Shown here: positions 12,401-24,880 of the stretch, piece after piece
Layout of the letters: the number at the start of each line of letters is the position of its first letter
Numbering within the stretch: the stretch's first letter is position 1
DNA from: Cyanophora paradoxa CCMP329
Lineage: Eukaryota > Plantae > Glaucophyta
Assembly (NCBI GenBank): GCA_004431415.1
Contig: QPMI01000113.1
Span: 124,001-188,000 of the forward strand
Direction of reading: 5' to 3'
DNA length: 64,000 nt
Translations under genes and position numbers: made by a program
The notes under the pieces: generated by a model
The model's database searches: none
Seen by the model: only the letters and a program-made list of their open reading frames with translations
Told to the model about the DNA's origin: nothing

Positions 12401-12759
12401 ATCCGTGATCCCTGAAGGCAACTCGAAGCACCCGCGCTACAATTGCAATCAGAGGCTCGTGCGCCTCGAATTCAGCGCAGCGAAGCGCATGCAGCTCCCA
12501 CGTGAATTCGAAATTGCACAAAATAAGGAACCCTTAGTACGTATACATATTTTTACAAGTAAAAAGTACATCATCTTATAATGCGAAGCAACCACTAGGA
12601 CTAGATACTTTAAAACCGTGGAATGCACAGGGCCGCAGGCAGGCGGAAAGGAAACAAAAAGAGGACTGCTGAAAAAAGCACGCGGGCCCCCTCGACTGGG
12701 GCGCGCGGGGAGGAGCTGCGGGAGAGGGGCCGCCAGGCGGGTGGCGGAAGGGGGCGGGG

Positions 12760-14159
12760 TCACTGCGGGGGGCGGGCGAGGGCGAGGCTGCCGACGTCCA
12801 CGACGGGCGTCTCGAAGGAGCCGGGGGGCAGGAGCGGCGGCTGGGCGAGGGGGTACGAGGAGGCGGCGGGGTGCGGGTGGGTGGGGCGCGACGGGGAGGC
12901 GGCGGGGGCCGGGGCGGCGGAGGCGAAGCGCTGGACGGCGGCGAGGTCGCCGGCGGTGGCGTACCGCACGGTCGCCGACGGGCTGCTCGGGAGCACCGCC
13001 GCGATCTTGGCGCCCCCGAGGGGGCAGCCGCAGCAGCTCCTGTCCGCCCCGTGCGCCATGCACGCCTCGACGTCGCTCTCGTCGAAGCTGCCCCCCGGCC
13101 CCGCCTCAGGCGCCCCGCTCGCGCGTCCCGGGCGCGGGAGAGGGCACCGCGGGGAGGCGAAGGACTGCGGCTGTCGGGGGGAGGCGACGACGGTGCGCGG
13201 CGTCTCCCCGTCCACGTGCCGCTCCGTGATTTGCTGCGGGGCCGGCGGCCTCGGCGCGCGCCCCGGCGCCCCGCGCGGGTGGCCGGTGCATCGCACCTCT
13301 CCCTCCTCCTCGGCGCTCACGGATGGCCTGGGCGGGAGCAGCTCCGACGCCGCCAGCTTGTGGCGCCGCTCGCCGGGCGTCCTGCACGGGCACGCTCAAC
13401 GCGGGCTCGGGTACTTGGCGCCCGCGCGGGGGCGGCGCGCACGTCGGCTGGGTCACGGACGTCGGCTCGAAGCACGAGAAGCAGCCGAACTTGCCGCAGA
13501 AAACCTGGGGAGGGCGTGAGACTCCGAAGGTCGGGCGCAAGATCGAAGCGCCGCACCTCCTCAAGAACATTGCTGAACCAGCGCAGCATACCAATCTCAC
13601 CCACCGGGTCCCTGTTGATCGACCGCTTCTCGTTGGTGTCCCTGCAAGTTGTGAGCGGCGTCGGAGCGGCGGAGCGCGGACTCGGCACCTGGCGCCCGGC
13701 TTCCTCCGCGACTCCTCCCACAGCGTTTCAAGCTGCTCGTCCTTTGTCCTCAACTCCTCGATAAGAAGTGCGACCTGCGGAACGAAGCGGGTTTAGGCGC
13801 TGGCGGACTCGGCCACTGCCGGCGTACCTTGGCCTCGAGCAGCCGGACGTGGTTCTCTGCGCACAGGCTCAGGCGCTTGCAGGCCCAGGAACAGAGCCGC
13901 GAAAGGCACCCTTCGCCTTCATCGAGTCCTCGACGTTGCTGAGCATTGTCGACAGAGCTACGAGGCTCGAAGCCGGGAGCTCTGCCATTTCGGTAACTCC
14001 ATCTGCTCCGGTGTGGTAGCGGGTAGACTGCAGCACCGCGCGGATGGCGGCCCCGCTCCATCCCGGGGAGACGCGGGAGCCGAGGTCGTCGATGAGGGAC
14101 TGCACTGCCCGATGCAGGCGCAGCCGCTCTTCGGTGGTCGGTGCCGGCGAGGTCGCCAT
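12760..14159 (-). CDS. Host multi-exon gene, function unknown
   Basis: Protein-like exon segments (EERLRLHRAVQSLIDDL…, ENHVRLLEAKVRRQW, GSFDESDVEACMAHG…) separated by short GC-rich introns. Boundaries approximate. Confidence 0.4.
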
Positions 14160-14212
14160 GTCCCGGGTGCGCTAGTTTAGTGCTAGTTTTAGTGCTGCGG
14201 CCTCGCGCTATT

Positions 14213-14368
14213 GATCCGAAGCAGCGTCGAAGATCAATAGGAAAGCTAAACTCCGCCTCTTTTCCGCGCGCTAGTTGCTGCGGCGAGGGAGGGACTCTCC
14301 TGTGCTGCGATACGTGCCCGACGTCGCTGCACCTGGCGTGTGCTCTTCCACTGCTGATGTGGAGGTTC
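14213..14368 (+). repeat. Diverged copy of the intron end and PHD exon at 14729-14882
   Basis: ~150 bp near-identical direct repeat with a 2-nt insertion near its end. Confidence 0.85.
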
Positions 14369-14470
14369 TACTCGTGGTTGGCACTTGCGTGGGGTACGAC
14401 GCCTTTCCAACGTGATCAGGCACTGACATAGACCGAGCCGCGCCGCCCGTCAGCCGAGAAACAAGAGGGA

Positions 14471-17201
14471 ATGGAGGACGATGGATCGGGCTCCGAGCAG
14501 CCAGACTCGAAGCCGGGCAGCCGCCCCGCCCGGGTCAGCAAACCACCCGCACGGCTCACAATCGAGCGGGCGAGCCGCAAGAATCGGGTTCGTTCGCTCT
14601 TCGTCGCTTGTTTCATGAGTCACCGTTCGATCCCTTTCCTCGGCCTGTAGACTGATCGGAATCCGGGCGGACCCTCTATGCAGCGCGTCGTAAACCGGGA
14701 CATCTGCGAGTGCGTTACGCCGCGCCGGGATCCGAAGCAGCGTTGAAGATCAATAGGAAAGCTAAACTCCGCCTCTTTTCCGCGCGCTAGTTGCTGCGGC
14801 GAGGGAGGGACTCTCCTGTGCTGCGATACGTGCCCGACGTCGCTGCACCTGGCGTGCGCTCTTCCGCCGCTGATGGAGGTTCCGGAAGGCGACTGGTTCT
14901 GCAACGAATGTACCACCAAGAAGGCGCGCTCCCCCTGCGCGGGCGTGCTGGCAGCTAGGCGTGCCTCGTGGCGGCCCTTGATCGTCGGCCGCACAGGATG
15001 CGGGGGAGCCGCCCGAGCGGCCGGCGCTGCTTCGAGGGCTGCTGCGCGCCTCTACCATCGGGCAGATGAATCCCCGCACGTTCATGCTTCCGAAGGAGCT
15101 TCTGATCGAGGCCGGCAAGATAGAGGCCGGTGCGCGCGCGCATCCCGATCCCACATCTGCGGGGCGGCGGCTCACATCGCCTCAGCGGGTGAGAAACACG
15201 TGCAGTTCGCAGAAGGCGCGCCGGCGGCGCCAGAGCCGGGGCCGATTGCGTCCCCGGCGCCCGTGCCGGTCGCGCCGCCGCCCGCTCTGGGGCGGGGCGG
15301 TCGGGGCATCAAGAGGAGAGAGGCGTCGCTGCAGGGGCTGGCGGAGGGTGGGGGCGAGGAGGCGCCCGTTGCAAAGCGGCCGCGGGGCTCGGCCCGCGGG
15401 GAGGAGCGGGAGCCTGGCGAGGCGGCGGACGGGGGCGCGGCGTCGGCGATGGACGTCTCCGGCGGCGACGAAGCGCCCGGCGCGGCGGAGGCGGACGCAG
15501 AGCCGGCGGACGGGCCGGCGCCGCGCCGCGCTGGGGAGCCCGGGCGGGCCGGGGCTGGCGGGCGCGCGGCTCGTCGCTCGGGGCGCAGGCCTCGACCTCG
15601 GGCGAGGGCTCCGAGGCGGGCACGCCGAGGGCCGAGGCGGCCGCTGGGCGCGGGGCCGCGCCTCGACTGCGCCGGCCTTCGACGGCTCCCGGGCTCGGAG
15701 GAGGGGGCCCGCGGAGGACGACCGGGCGCCCCGACGCGCGCGGCCGCTCGGGCCGGGCGTGCGCGGGGCCTCTCGGGCGGGCCGGGGCGGGCGAAGCGGA
15801 GGCCCTCGGGGCGGCTGCTCGGGGCGCGGGGCGGGCACTCGGAGCGGGGCGCCGGCGGCGGAGACGGCCAGCCGATGACCCCGGACGAGCACGACGTGCC
15901 CCACTCCCATCCCCTCTGCCGCCCCTCGCCGCCCCCCGGCGCGGCTGACGGCTCTGGGCGCGGGGCGCAGTTCGTGGCGTCAGTGGAGAAGCTCAAGGCG
16001 ACCGTTGCGCAGCACAACGCCGGCGCGATCGACTTATTCGGTACGGCCTGGCCCGCCCGCAGAGCAGCGCCGGCCGGGGCGCTGAGAGCCGCCGGGCCGC
16101 CCGCGCGCAGGGGCGGGCCTGCTGGGAGCGGCGCCGCGGCGGGTGACGCGGGGGCGACGCGGGCGGAGCACGAGGCGCTGGCGGCGGTGACGTCGTACTC
16201 GGCGGCATCGGCAGGCGGGGCGACGCGGCTGGAGGAGCTGCCGCCGGCCGTCCGCTCGCTCTTCGAGGCCGCCTCGCGCGCCGCCACCCTCGCCGACGCC
16301 AACCGCCTCCTCGCGAGCTACCCCCCGGTGCGCCGCGCCGCCCCGCCGCGCGCCCCGCTCGGGGGCGAGGGCGGGCGCAGGAGGAGGTGGAGCGGCTGGC
16401 GGGGCTGGCGGGCGGCTGCACGCGGCGCTGCGGGGCGGGGCCGGCGAGGGCCGCGACCTCGCCTCGGAGGAGCTCGCGGGCCCTTCCTGATGCTCCACCA
16501 CGCCCTCTCCCTCCAGCGCCTCGCCACCGAGTTCGCCGGCAACAGCCTGGAGCACGGCGCCCGCGCGCAGGCCCAGGCGCAGCAGCAGGAGCGCGAGGCG
16601 CGCGAGGCGGCCCCGGAGCCGGCCGAGCGGCCCGAGCGGCGCGAGGGGCCGGAGCCCGAGGGCCGGGAGCGGCAGGGGCGCCAGCACCTCCAGCTCCCTC
16701 CTCCTCCTCCTCCGCCCCGCCCCGCTCGCCCCGCGCCCGCCGCCACGCCGAGCAGCCGCCCGAGCCGCCGACCGAGCCGCCGGCCGCCTCGCCCTTGCCT
16801 CGAGCAGCCGCGGGGGCTGCGCAGGCGGGGCGCCGCCTCGCTCGCTGCGCCGGAGCCGGAGGAGGTGGCGGCGGGCCGGCGTCCGGGCGGGGCCGGCGGA
16901 GCAGCCGGGAGAAGCCGGCCGGCCCGACGCGCACGGGCCCCATTCGCGCGGGGGCGACTCGCCGGCGCGCGAGGATGCGTCGGCGGCGGCGGGGCGGGGA
17001 CGGGGGCGGGGAACGGGGCCGGCTCGGACGGGGAGGAGCGCGGGCTGGGGGCGCTGGTGCGCACGGCTCAGTGGCCGGCTCCCTCTCGGCGCTGGGGACG
17101 AGGGGGCCCTCGAGAGCCGGCCCCTGGAGGAGTACCCGAGGCAATCGCCCTCCTCGAGGGCCAGCCGGCATGGCCTTCCAGGCGCGCCCGCGCCCCGCTC
17201 G

Positions 17202-17235
<34 letters not shown>

Positions 17236-17830
17236 CACCCCCTGAGCGGGGGGCCGGGCGGCAGGTGCGGCGGGAGGCGGTCGTGCTGGGGCGCTCCCTC
17301 CCGGACCGCAACTACCGCGTCGACTTCGACCTCTCCACCTTCCCCGCCGCCACCAAGGGCCCGCCCCCCCCTCTCGAACGCCGTCGCGGGGAGGGGCTGA
17401 GGCGGCGGCGGCGCGCAGTCTCGAAGAAGCACGCGGTGGTGCAGTACCGGCGCGAGAGCGACGACTTCGTCCTCATCAACTGCGGCAAGAACGGCACCAA
17501 GGCGCGGACGCCCGGCCCCGCCCTCGCTCGCCCCGGGGTGCGACTAGGGCGGGCAGGTGGACGGGGTGCTGTACGACGCGAAGCCGGCCGTCCTCTCCGA
17601 CGGCGCCTGCATCGGCATCTGCAACGTCCAGGCCCGCCCCGCCGCCGCCCCCCTCCCCGCCCTCCCCGCCCCGCCCCCGCCGCTCGCTCTGACCCGCCTA
17701 ACCCGCCTCGCAGCTCGTATTCCGAAGGCTCCTCCCTCTTGGCCTGCACGCCGCGCCGGCGCCCCCGGCGGACCCGCACCGCGCCGCCTCCCCCGCCCCC
17801 GCCCTCCACTCGGCCCCCGTCCCTGTAGCG
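14471..17830 (+). CDS. Host PHD-finger plus C-terminal FHA-domain protein (MCRS1-like FHA), multi-exon
   Basis: Spliced PHD NRDICE|CCGEGGTLLCCDTCPTSLHLAC…PEGDWFCNEC; FHA VVLGR…VDFDLS…VSKKHA…GKNGTK|VDG. 3' end approximate. Confidence 0.75.
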
Positions 17831-18103
17831 TAGCCGCCCGCCGGCCGCGTCCCCAGGCAGCACAGATCGAGCTTTGCGAGAAGGATGCAGGTTGAGAGGC
17901 GGCGGCCTGCGAGCGAGGGGCGGGGTCTGCGAGGGGGGGGGACTGGGAGGGCGGGGCCGCGTGGGCGGAGCTCGAGGGACCGGGAAGCCGGCATTGCTGG
18001 CCCCGCGCCGGCTGCCGTCCGCGCCTGTGCGGCGGCCTCGATCGTCCTCCCGTGGAGTTGCGAGCGAGCGCGCGCGCCCTCGCCCGATCATGCAGGCGCA
18101 GGA

Positions 18104-18970
18104 TCAGACGCCGACGCCCGTGACGCGCTTGAGTATGCCGTCCAGGCTGATCCAGTTCGCACTGTCGCTGCGCCGGCGTCAGGCGGTCACCGGGGAGGCG
18201 CCGCGGCGGCGGGTCGGTCGACATGCCTGGGAGCCAGCACGCGCACGTCCGGGACGGACTCGGGCGCCCCCGGCTGCATCGCGGGGATAGCATCCTGCCG
18301 GATAAGCTCCATTGTCAAGAGGGAAACTTGAGCTCGGCCTCGCGGCGCAGGGCGGCGCCTCCTGCGCGTTGCGCTAGTCGCGGGGCCGCACTCTGTGCTC
18401 GTGGGCGAGCCGTAGTACGAGTCCAAGCTTCTCCCTAAGCATCTCGGGGCCGGGCGAGCCCCGCCGCACGTGGATCTGGCTTGCGGTAAGGATGCGCGGT
18501 TGCGCGGGCGGTCGTCTGCGCCTCACCACCCATGACTCCCAAATGGACTCCGCCATGCCGCCGCCGAACCAGCCCCGACGGTGGTCCTGCTTCCCGGACT
18601 CGGGGAAGTCGATGCAGACAGTGCCCCGGCCTCGCGCTGCCAGGGCGCAACTCAGCTCCGTTGCCCGCGCTTCCAAGAGACCATCGATCCCGGCGTCGTT
18701 CACTGCGCGTACGCAGCAAGCCTGTGTTATCATGCGCATGTGGACGAGCGGGGTGGGGGTGGACCCTTGCAAAACGTGATATCGAAGAGCTCGAGATCCA
18801 CCTCCTTTGGCCGTAGGCATCCAATTGATCGAGTGAAGATAATGGTATGTAAGATTGCAAGCAAAGCTTCCTGCTTCAATTGATCAATCGCGGAGCGACG
18901 TCGACAATCGCGGAACCCGCACCTTTGCCTGATGCACTTCGCACTCAAGCTCCAGGACGTGCCTGGCCAT
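18104..18970 (-). CDS. ATG101: Autophagy-related protein 101, multi-exon
   Basis: MARHVLELECEVHQ…EALLAILHTIIFTRSIGCLRPKEVDLELFDITF…, the WF finger (RRGWFGG) and IWESWVV. Confidence 0.85.
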
Positions 18971-19874
18971 CGCGTATATATATCGCTGCGCAACTTGCAA
19001 GACCAAAAGGGGTACTGCCGATGCAACCAAAACGGACTTGCTGGGATTCGAGCCCCTGGATACACCAACGTTCCAGTACTAGTCCAGTACGCACGGTCCC
19101 GGTACCGGATATCGATCGGATGACCGAAAAAAAACGTAACAGCTGCATGGATATCATCGGCGAATCGGCGGCGAATCCCGGGATTCGCGCAAAAAAGCGA
19201 AACCGCCAACACCTACTAGGAGCCACCACGAGCCAGAACACATGAGTGACTCGGACATGACTCTGCAGTCTCTAGATCTAGATTCTAGACTCTAGTTCAG
19301 AGTCACTTCAGATCTAGACAACTTCAGAGCCCTCCTACTAGGCTCCTCGGCCTAGCTTTAATTGGAAATTGGAAAGGCGATCGCGAAAAATAATTCGCGA
19401 TTGAAACTCATCAAGCTCGAGAAGATCAACAGTGAACTCGAGAGTCTCTGATCATGACCGTCGGACACATGTTACGTATTGTGACATGTAAAATTGATTG
19501 GCTTAAGCTTTAATTATAACCGTTCGACGTCGATCGCGACCCTCGTAATTTTATAATTATAAGTTGTTCGAAATTCGTGACTCACGCATCAGGACTGTGG
19601 ATTTGTGAAATTGTGATATATCATATATATAAGTGTATTTATCGACACCGTGATGTACATGCAGTTGCAAGTATTGCAAGAAATTGTTTATAATTAGTTC
19701 GTTTTAGAGCTTCAGCGTATTATCGTCATCCAAAAGCGGCCATTTAGCCCTACCCCCTAAGAATTGCCGTGGCTTAATATTGCTGAATTCGGCCTCTCGG
19801 CGCAATATACGGCAATATAAAACATCGGCTGAAATAGCATTCCGAGTTCCTACATGCAGTATCAGGATCCGGAT

Positions 19875-20436
19875 TAGGGCTGGGCACAGTCCGAGTTTTC
19901 CCCCACCGGGTCGGTGGGCCCGCTGACTGTTACCCACCGGTGGCGGTCGGTGGAGGTGGAGGTACGTGCTACAGTGCGTGAAAATTGACAGGAAATACGC
20001 TAAATTCTGCACAGCTTCAAGGCGCTACGCGCCTACTATCTAAATTATTATAAAGCGAGTGCTTTGGGGCGGGTTCAAGCCAGTTGTGGGGGAGGCCGGG
20101 GTGGTTGCCACTGCAGCTGGTTGGTGCTCACTGAGTCAGGCGGGGTACGGGATATATATATATCGATATGATGGCGTCGACGTCAGCTTCCTTGGGCTCC
20201 GACGTCATTCACGATTGCAAGGCAGGAGCGGAGGAAGATGAACTAAGCAGCACTTTGCTGGGTGAGTACGGAATATGAAACTTTCGCGCGCGAGAATATG
20301 ACATTTATGCGAGCCTACCCCCCCTAGAATTTTAATTTGTATGGTACCGGGCGTTGTATGGCGGTGGGCCAGATTTTCCACCCGGTCGGTCGGTGGGAGG
20401 TTGCCACTGCCACCGGCCGCCACCGGCCCAGGCCTA
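19875..20436. mobile_element. Non-autonomous hAT-type element (562 bp)
   Basis: Ends TAGGGCTGGG…CCCAGGCCTA; 8-bp flanking duplication ATCCGGAT (19867-19874, 20437-20444); subterminal CCACCG/CGGTGG repeats. Confidence 0.75.
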
Positions 20437-20862
20437 ATCCGGATATCGATACGTGGCCTAGCACGTACGTACCGGGTACCATGTACAACGCGAAATTGAG
20501 AAAGTACTTGTACCGGTCCGCGAGCGGAGTTTCCGAAGCTTTGAAATTAATTGTTTCACGTACGATCGACGTATACGTATATACGTACACAAAACATTGC
20601 AACAATACTTGAAAATATATATGTTCCTTTATATAATGTATTTTATATTTAGCTCGCGATCGAGGCGCCAAATTTAACTCGCCATCGCCAGCTATTTAGG
20701 GCCGGAAATCCACTCAAAATAATAGTTTTGTACCCCCCCCTCCCCGTCCCTTACCGGCCGCGCGCGCGAGCGTCCCGGCCCCGCGCGCGGCGGGACTCGG
20801 ACACTCAGTGACTGCCACTGACTGGCAGTCGGACTCCACCGTCGATCGCGAGTCGCGACGTC

Positions 20863-21393
20863 CAGTGATGGCATTCTTTCTAGAAACATTTTTTAATTCT
20901 ATTCCAGGAATAATTCCTGGAATGATTCCTGGAATGGTCCTGGGAACGCCGTTCTTTCAGGAATTGTTCCGAATAAGGGGGGGTACTTGTTCGTGCGCGG
21001 GATTTTTCGCCAGAACGCAGCACACAGCGTCCAGCAGAGCGCGCCCGCATCGCAAATCGATGTCTAGTGAGAACGAAGGCTCAGCTGGCCCGCCGGATCC
21101 GGAGCCGCCTCCGCAAGCGGTCTGCTGCCCGACGACGTCGACGACGACGTCGACAGCTCGCCGAGTCGAGCAGAGTCACTAGTACTGCTGCACCTTCGAA
21201 TTCGAATGCTTGACTCGCAAAGCGGGGAGGGGCGGGCAGGGCGGGGCCGGGCCGGCGTGGGGTGCGGTACGCGTGTATGAGGGAAGCTTAAGGGTTTCTA
21301 GAAACAATAAAGAATTCGGAATCTTACTAGGAATATTCCAGGAATTATTCCCGGAATGGGCAGTTTTTCGGTTAATTCGGAATAACATCACTG
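20863..21393. mobile_element. Non-autonomous hAT-type element (531 bp)
   Basis: TIR CAGTGATG…CATCACTG; 8-bp TSD GCGACGTC (20855-20862, 21394-21401); subterminal ATTCC/GGAAT repeats at both ends. Confidence 0.85.
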
Positions 21394-22165
21394 GCGACGT
21401 CCGACGGTCACGGGTCACTCCGGCGGGAGCCGCGCCGCGCGCTGCTATAGCCGCTGAGCTAGCGCTGCACTGCGGCAGTGCCACTGGGCCGGCGCCACGG
21501 TGCATGCGCATGCCCGGCGCCGGCCATGCCATGATGCCCGGCCATGAATCCCATGATGATGCGCGCGCACTGCGGCATTGCGCAGTGCGCATGCGCACTG
21601 CGTAGTAGTGCGTACATGTACAGTTGCCGCGTAAGGCAAAGCTTAAGCGTTCCGCCGCGCGCGCGCAACGCCGCGCATGCATGCACTGCGCATCATGGCA
21701 TGCGGCAGCGCCGAGAGGCGCCTCGAGCACAACGTCGACTAGTCTCAGTAGTAGTATACGTACGCTGACCGCCGGCGCGTCTCGGCCAGGGCGACTCCCG
21801 AAGTCCGACGGTCGCGGCGGGACCCGCCCTCGCGGGCGCGGCTCGCGATATCGCGGGCGCGCCGGGGCGCCTCGAGCTCGAACCTGCGAGCAAGCCTTGA
21901 AGCTCGAAACGCTCAAGCCGCCGGCCGAAGAGTGCTCAGCGGCTGCAGGCTGCAACTGCAGCTTATCTCCTGAAACGTATAACCGGCGCATGCAGCTGCA
22001 GCGAGTGATCAACGTGGCATTCACGCACGTACAGCTCGCATCTTCTTCATCGATCGTTCGCCGTTGGCGTTCAGGCCCTCTTGACCACGGCCGCGCCGGC
22101 GCTGCGCATGCATATATAGCGCCATGCCGAAGCTTAAGGGCGGTGGCCGCCGCCGCGGCGGATCC

Positions 22166-24230
22166 ATGGAGACAACAACTGGAGTCACTGGAGTGACCGT
22201 CAAGTCTGAACCGAGTCCGGAAAGAGGCGGCGGCCACGAGGCCCCGTCTCTGCACGAGGCGGCGGCGCCCTTCGCGCTGGTTCACGCGCGAGGTGTTGGG
22301 GTTGTCGTCGCCGGCGAGGCCGTGCGGCCCCTCCCCGCCCGCCCCCGGCCACGCTGCTCGCCGCCGCCGGGTTGCCCCGCCCAGTCCCGGGAGTGAGCGG
22401 GGGCCCGGCGCAGTTCGGGGAGTCGCACTCCGCCATCGAGGCCTACGTGCGCGCCCCGCCCTCGGGCGCGGCGGGGCCGGGCCGAGCGGGGCGGGGGGGG
22501 CAGTTCGAGGCGTGGGCGGTGCTGCAGCGGGCGGGGCACTCGCCCTCGCGCCTCGAGGCGCACCTCCTCCGCGAGCTCGCCGACATCCACAGCGCGCCCC
22601 GCCCCGCCCCGGCCTCCCCCGCAGCCCCCTCACCCCCGCCCCGCAGTCCGACACCCGGCGCGCCTGCAGCTCGGCTTCCACCTCTGCAGCCGCATGTACT
22701 GGTACACGGAGGTGCGGTGCAGGGCGCGGGGGCGCGCCGGGGCGGGGCCCTCGGCGAGGGGCCGGGGGCTGCGCAGAGCGAGGAGGACCTCTTCCAGGAG
22801 GCCCTCTGCCTCCTCACCTCGGGCCAGGTCCCCCGCCCCCGCCGCCCCCAGAGACCCACCTTCGAATACGCCACCGCACCTCCCTTCCAACACCCCACAA
22901 ACTCTCCATCGGGCCGACGCGGTGGGGCGGGGCGGGGCCAGGCGGCGGCGCTGCGGGGCGACTTCAGGATGGCGAAGGCGCACCTGCGGCGCTGCATGGA
23001 GATGCTCTCCTCCATGTCTCCCGGCTACCGGTGCGGGCGAGGGGCGCGCCGGCGCCGGGGCGGGGTCGGCGGGGGCGCTGAGGCAGGGCCGGGCAGCGTG
23101 CTCTACCCCCGCGTGGCCGGCCTGCTGCTGCTCGCCAGCCTCCACACCTTCGACATACCCACCGCCCTCTCGGTCCCCCCCGCCCCCTCCCGCCCCCCGC
23201 GCGCTCCCGCACCCACACCCCCTCCCCTCCCGCTGCCTCCCCTCAGAGCGCGAACCGGGCCTTCTCGGTCAGCGCCGCCATGTTCGGGTGCGCCACCCGC
23301 ACCCCGCCGGCTTTCGGGGGCCTCCCTGTCTTCCCAGGACCGACAGCCCCCCGCGCAGCTTCGGACTTCCCGAGCACGACGTGACGTCAGCCACCCGGGA
23401 CCGAGTCGTCAGCTCGCTTTCTGCGCCGCCGTACCCCGCTTCGTTCTCACCCCGCGGGGCAGAGGGCGCACGTCGAGGCCCGTGTTCCGTTTCCCGGCGA
23501 GACGGAGCCGCCCTCGCCCCAGGTGCTTCGCGTGTACCCCACGCGTCCTCATCGTCCGCCCTGACGCACCCCCTCCTGACAAAGGACTTCGTTCGCCTGC
23601 ACCGCTTCAGCGTCTTCCTCCTCAGCGTGCGCCCGCCCCGGGGCCCCACGGCCGCCCCGCCCCCGCGTAAACCCTCGAGCAGAAGCTCTCGCCCCGGGCG
23701 CGGCGCATGCAGGGTGTCATGGTGGGCCACATGCTCTACCAGCTCGGCCAGGGGTACCTTCACATCGGCACGCGCCCCCTCCCTTCCTCTGGAATTATCG
23801 GTAGCTCGGAGTGACCGCGCGCCGCAGGAGAGTGGCGCAAGGCCCTCGGATGCTTCGAGAAGGCCCGCGAGGGGCTCTACAGCCGGTACCCGGTGCGCGC
23901 CCACAGCCCCCCCCCCCTCTCCCCCCCTTCCCCCCCCCCCCCCCCTTCCCTCCTGCCCTAACGCGGAGCAGGCGTATTTCCCGCCGACGGGGGGCCGGGT
24001 GCGGGAGCTGGCGGCGAGCATGGAGCGGTGCCGGGCGGCGCTCGCCGCGCAGGGCCCGGAGCCGGCCCCCCGAAGCGCCTTCTCCATCGTGGGGCCCACG
24101 CCCCTGCCCCCACCCCTGCCCCCTCCCCTCGGCCTCCCCTCCGCCGCCGGGCCGGCAAGCTTCCCCCGCCCCGCCCCCTCCTGGCACGTCCCCGTCTCCC
24201 ACGCCCAGGGCCCCGGCCACGTGTTCTAGC
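22166..24230 (+). CDS. Host multi-exon helical-repeat (TPR-like) protein
   Basis: Exon peptides GDFRMAKAHLRRCMEML, HMLYQLGQGYLHIG and EWRKALGCFEKARE. Confidence 0.45.
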
Positions 24231-24880
24231 CGCCTCGCTTCCATCCTCGTGCGTTTTTCGTTGCCTGCAGATGAAGCTCGAACGTGCGCGTAGCGCCCAG
24301 CTGTACGTGTAGCCCATAGCTAGGATTACATGCATTTCTTAGATTTCTTGATCGGCTTCGGCGACTCGGCGAGTATTAGTTCTTTCGTTTCTAGATCTTT
24401 ATTTACGAGTCGAGATTGAGATCCGAAGTCGATGTGCAGCTGCGCATGCAGCTGCCGGCCAAATCTGCTGTTCTCATTTGTGAATTTTCTTATATCATAG
24501 TATTCGTGCTAATGATCATAATGCCTGCACACTTTCTTAAGTATGTAAGTGTACCACCCATACCTCGCGATCGGTTTTCTTTCGAATTCCATATCACTGA
24601 GTCATACTAGTGCTGTAGTACCGTAATACTTGTAACTTATCGTAGTATAGAAGCTGTGACCCACTGGTGTAAAACAATTACGAGAGTATCATAGGATCCG
24701 ATAATGATCACACTAGCCTAGTAGACATTCTTGCAAATTCACTGAGTCAAATTGAATTTTTTTTCAACGTTTGAAATCGCTGCACATGCTCCAGAACTAC
24801 GGAACATCTATCAGGGACTGACCAGCGCATTCTACCCCCTTGGCAATTGTTCAATTTCTTGCACCAAAGTTCAGTAACTG

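Noticed and set aside
9420-12600. Short ORFs in the spacer between element 1 and the host genes
   Set aside because: No recognisable motifs or consistent exon structure.
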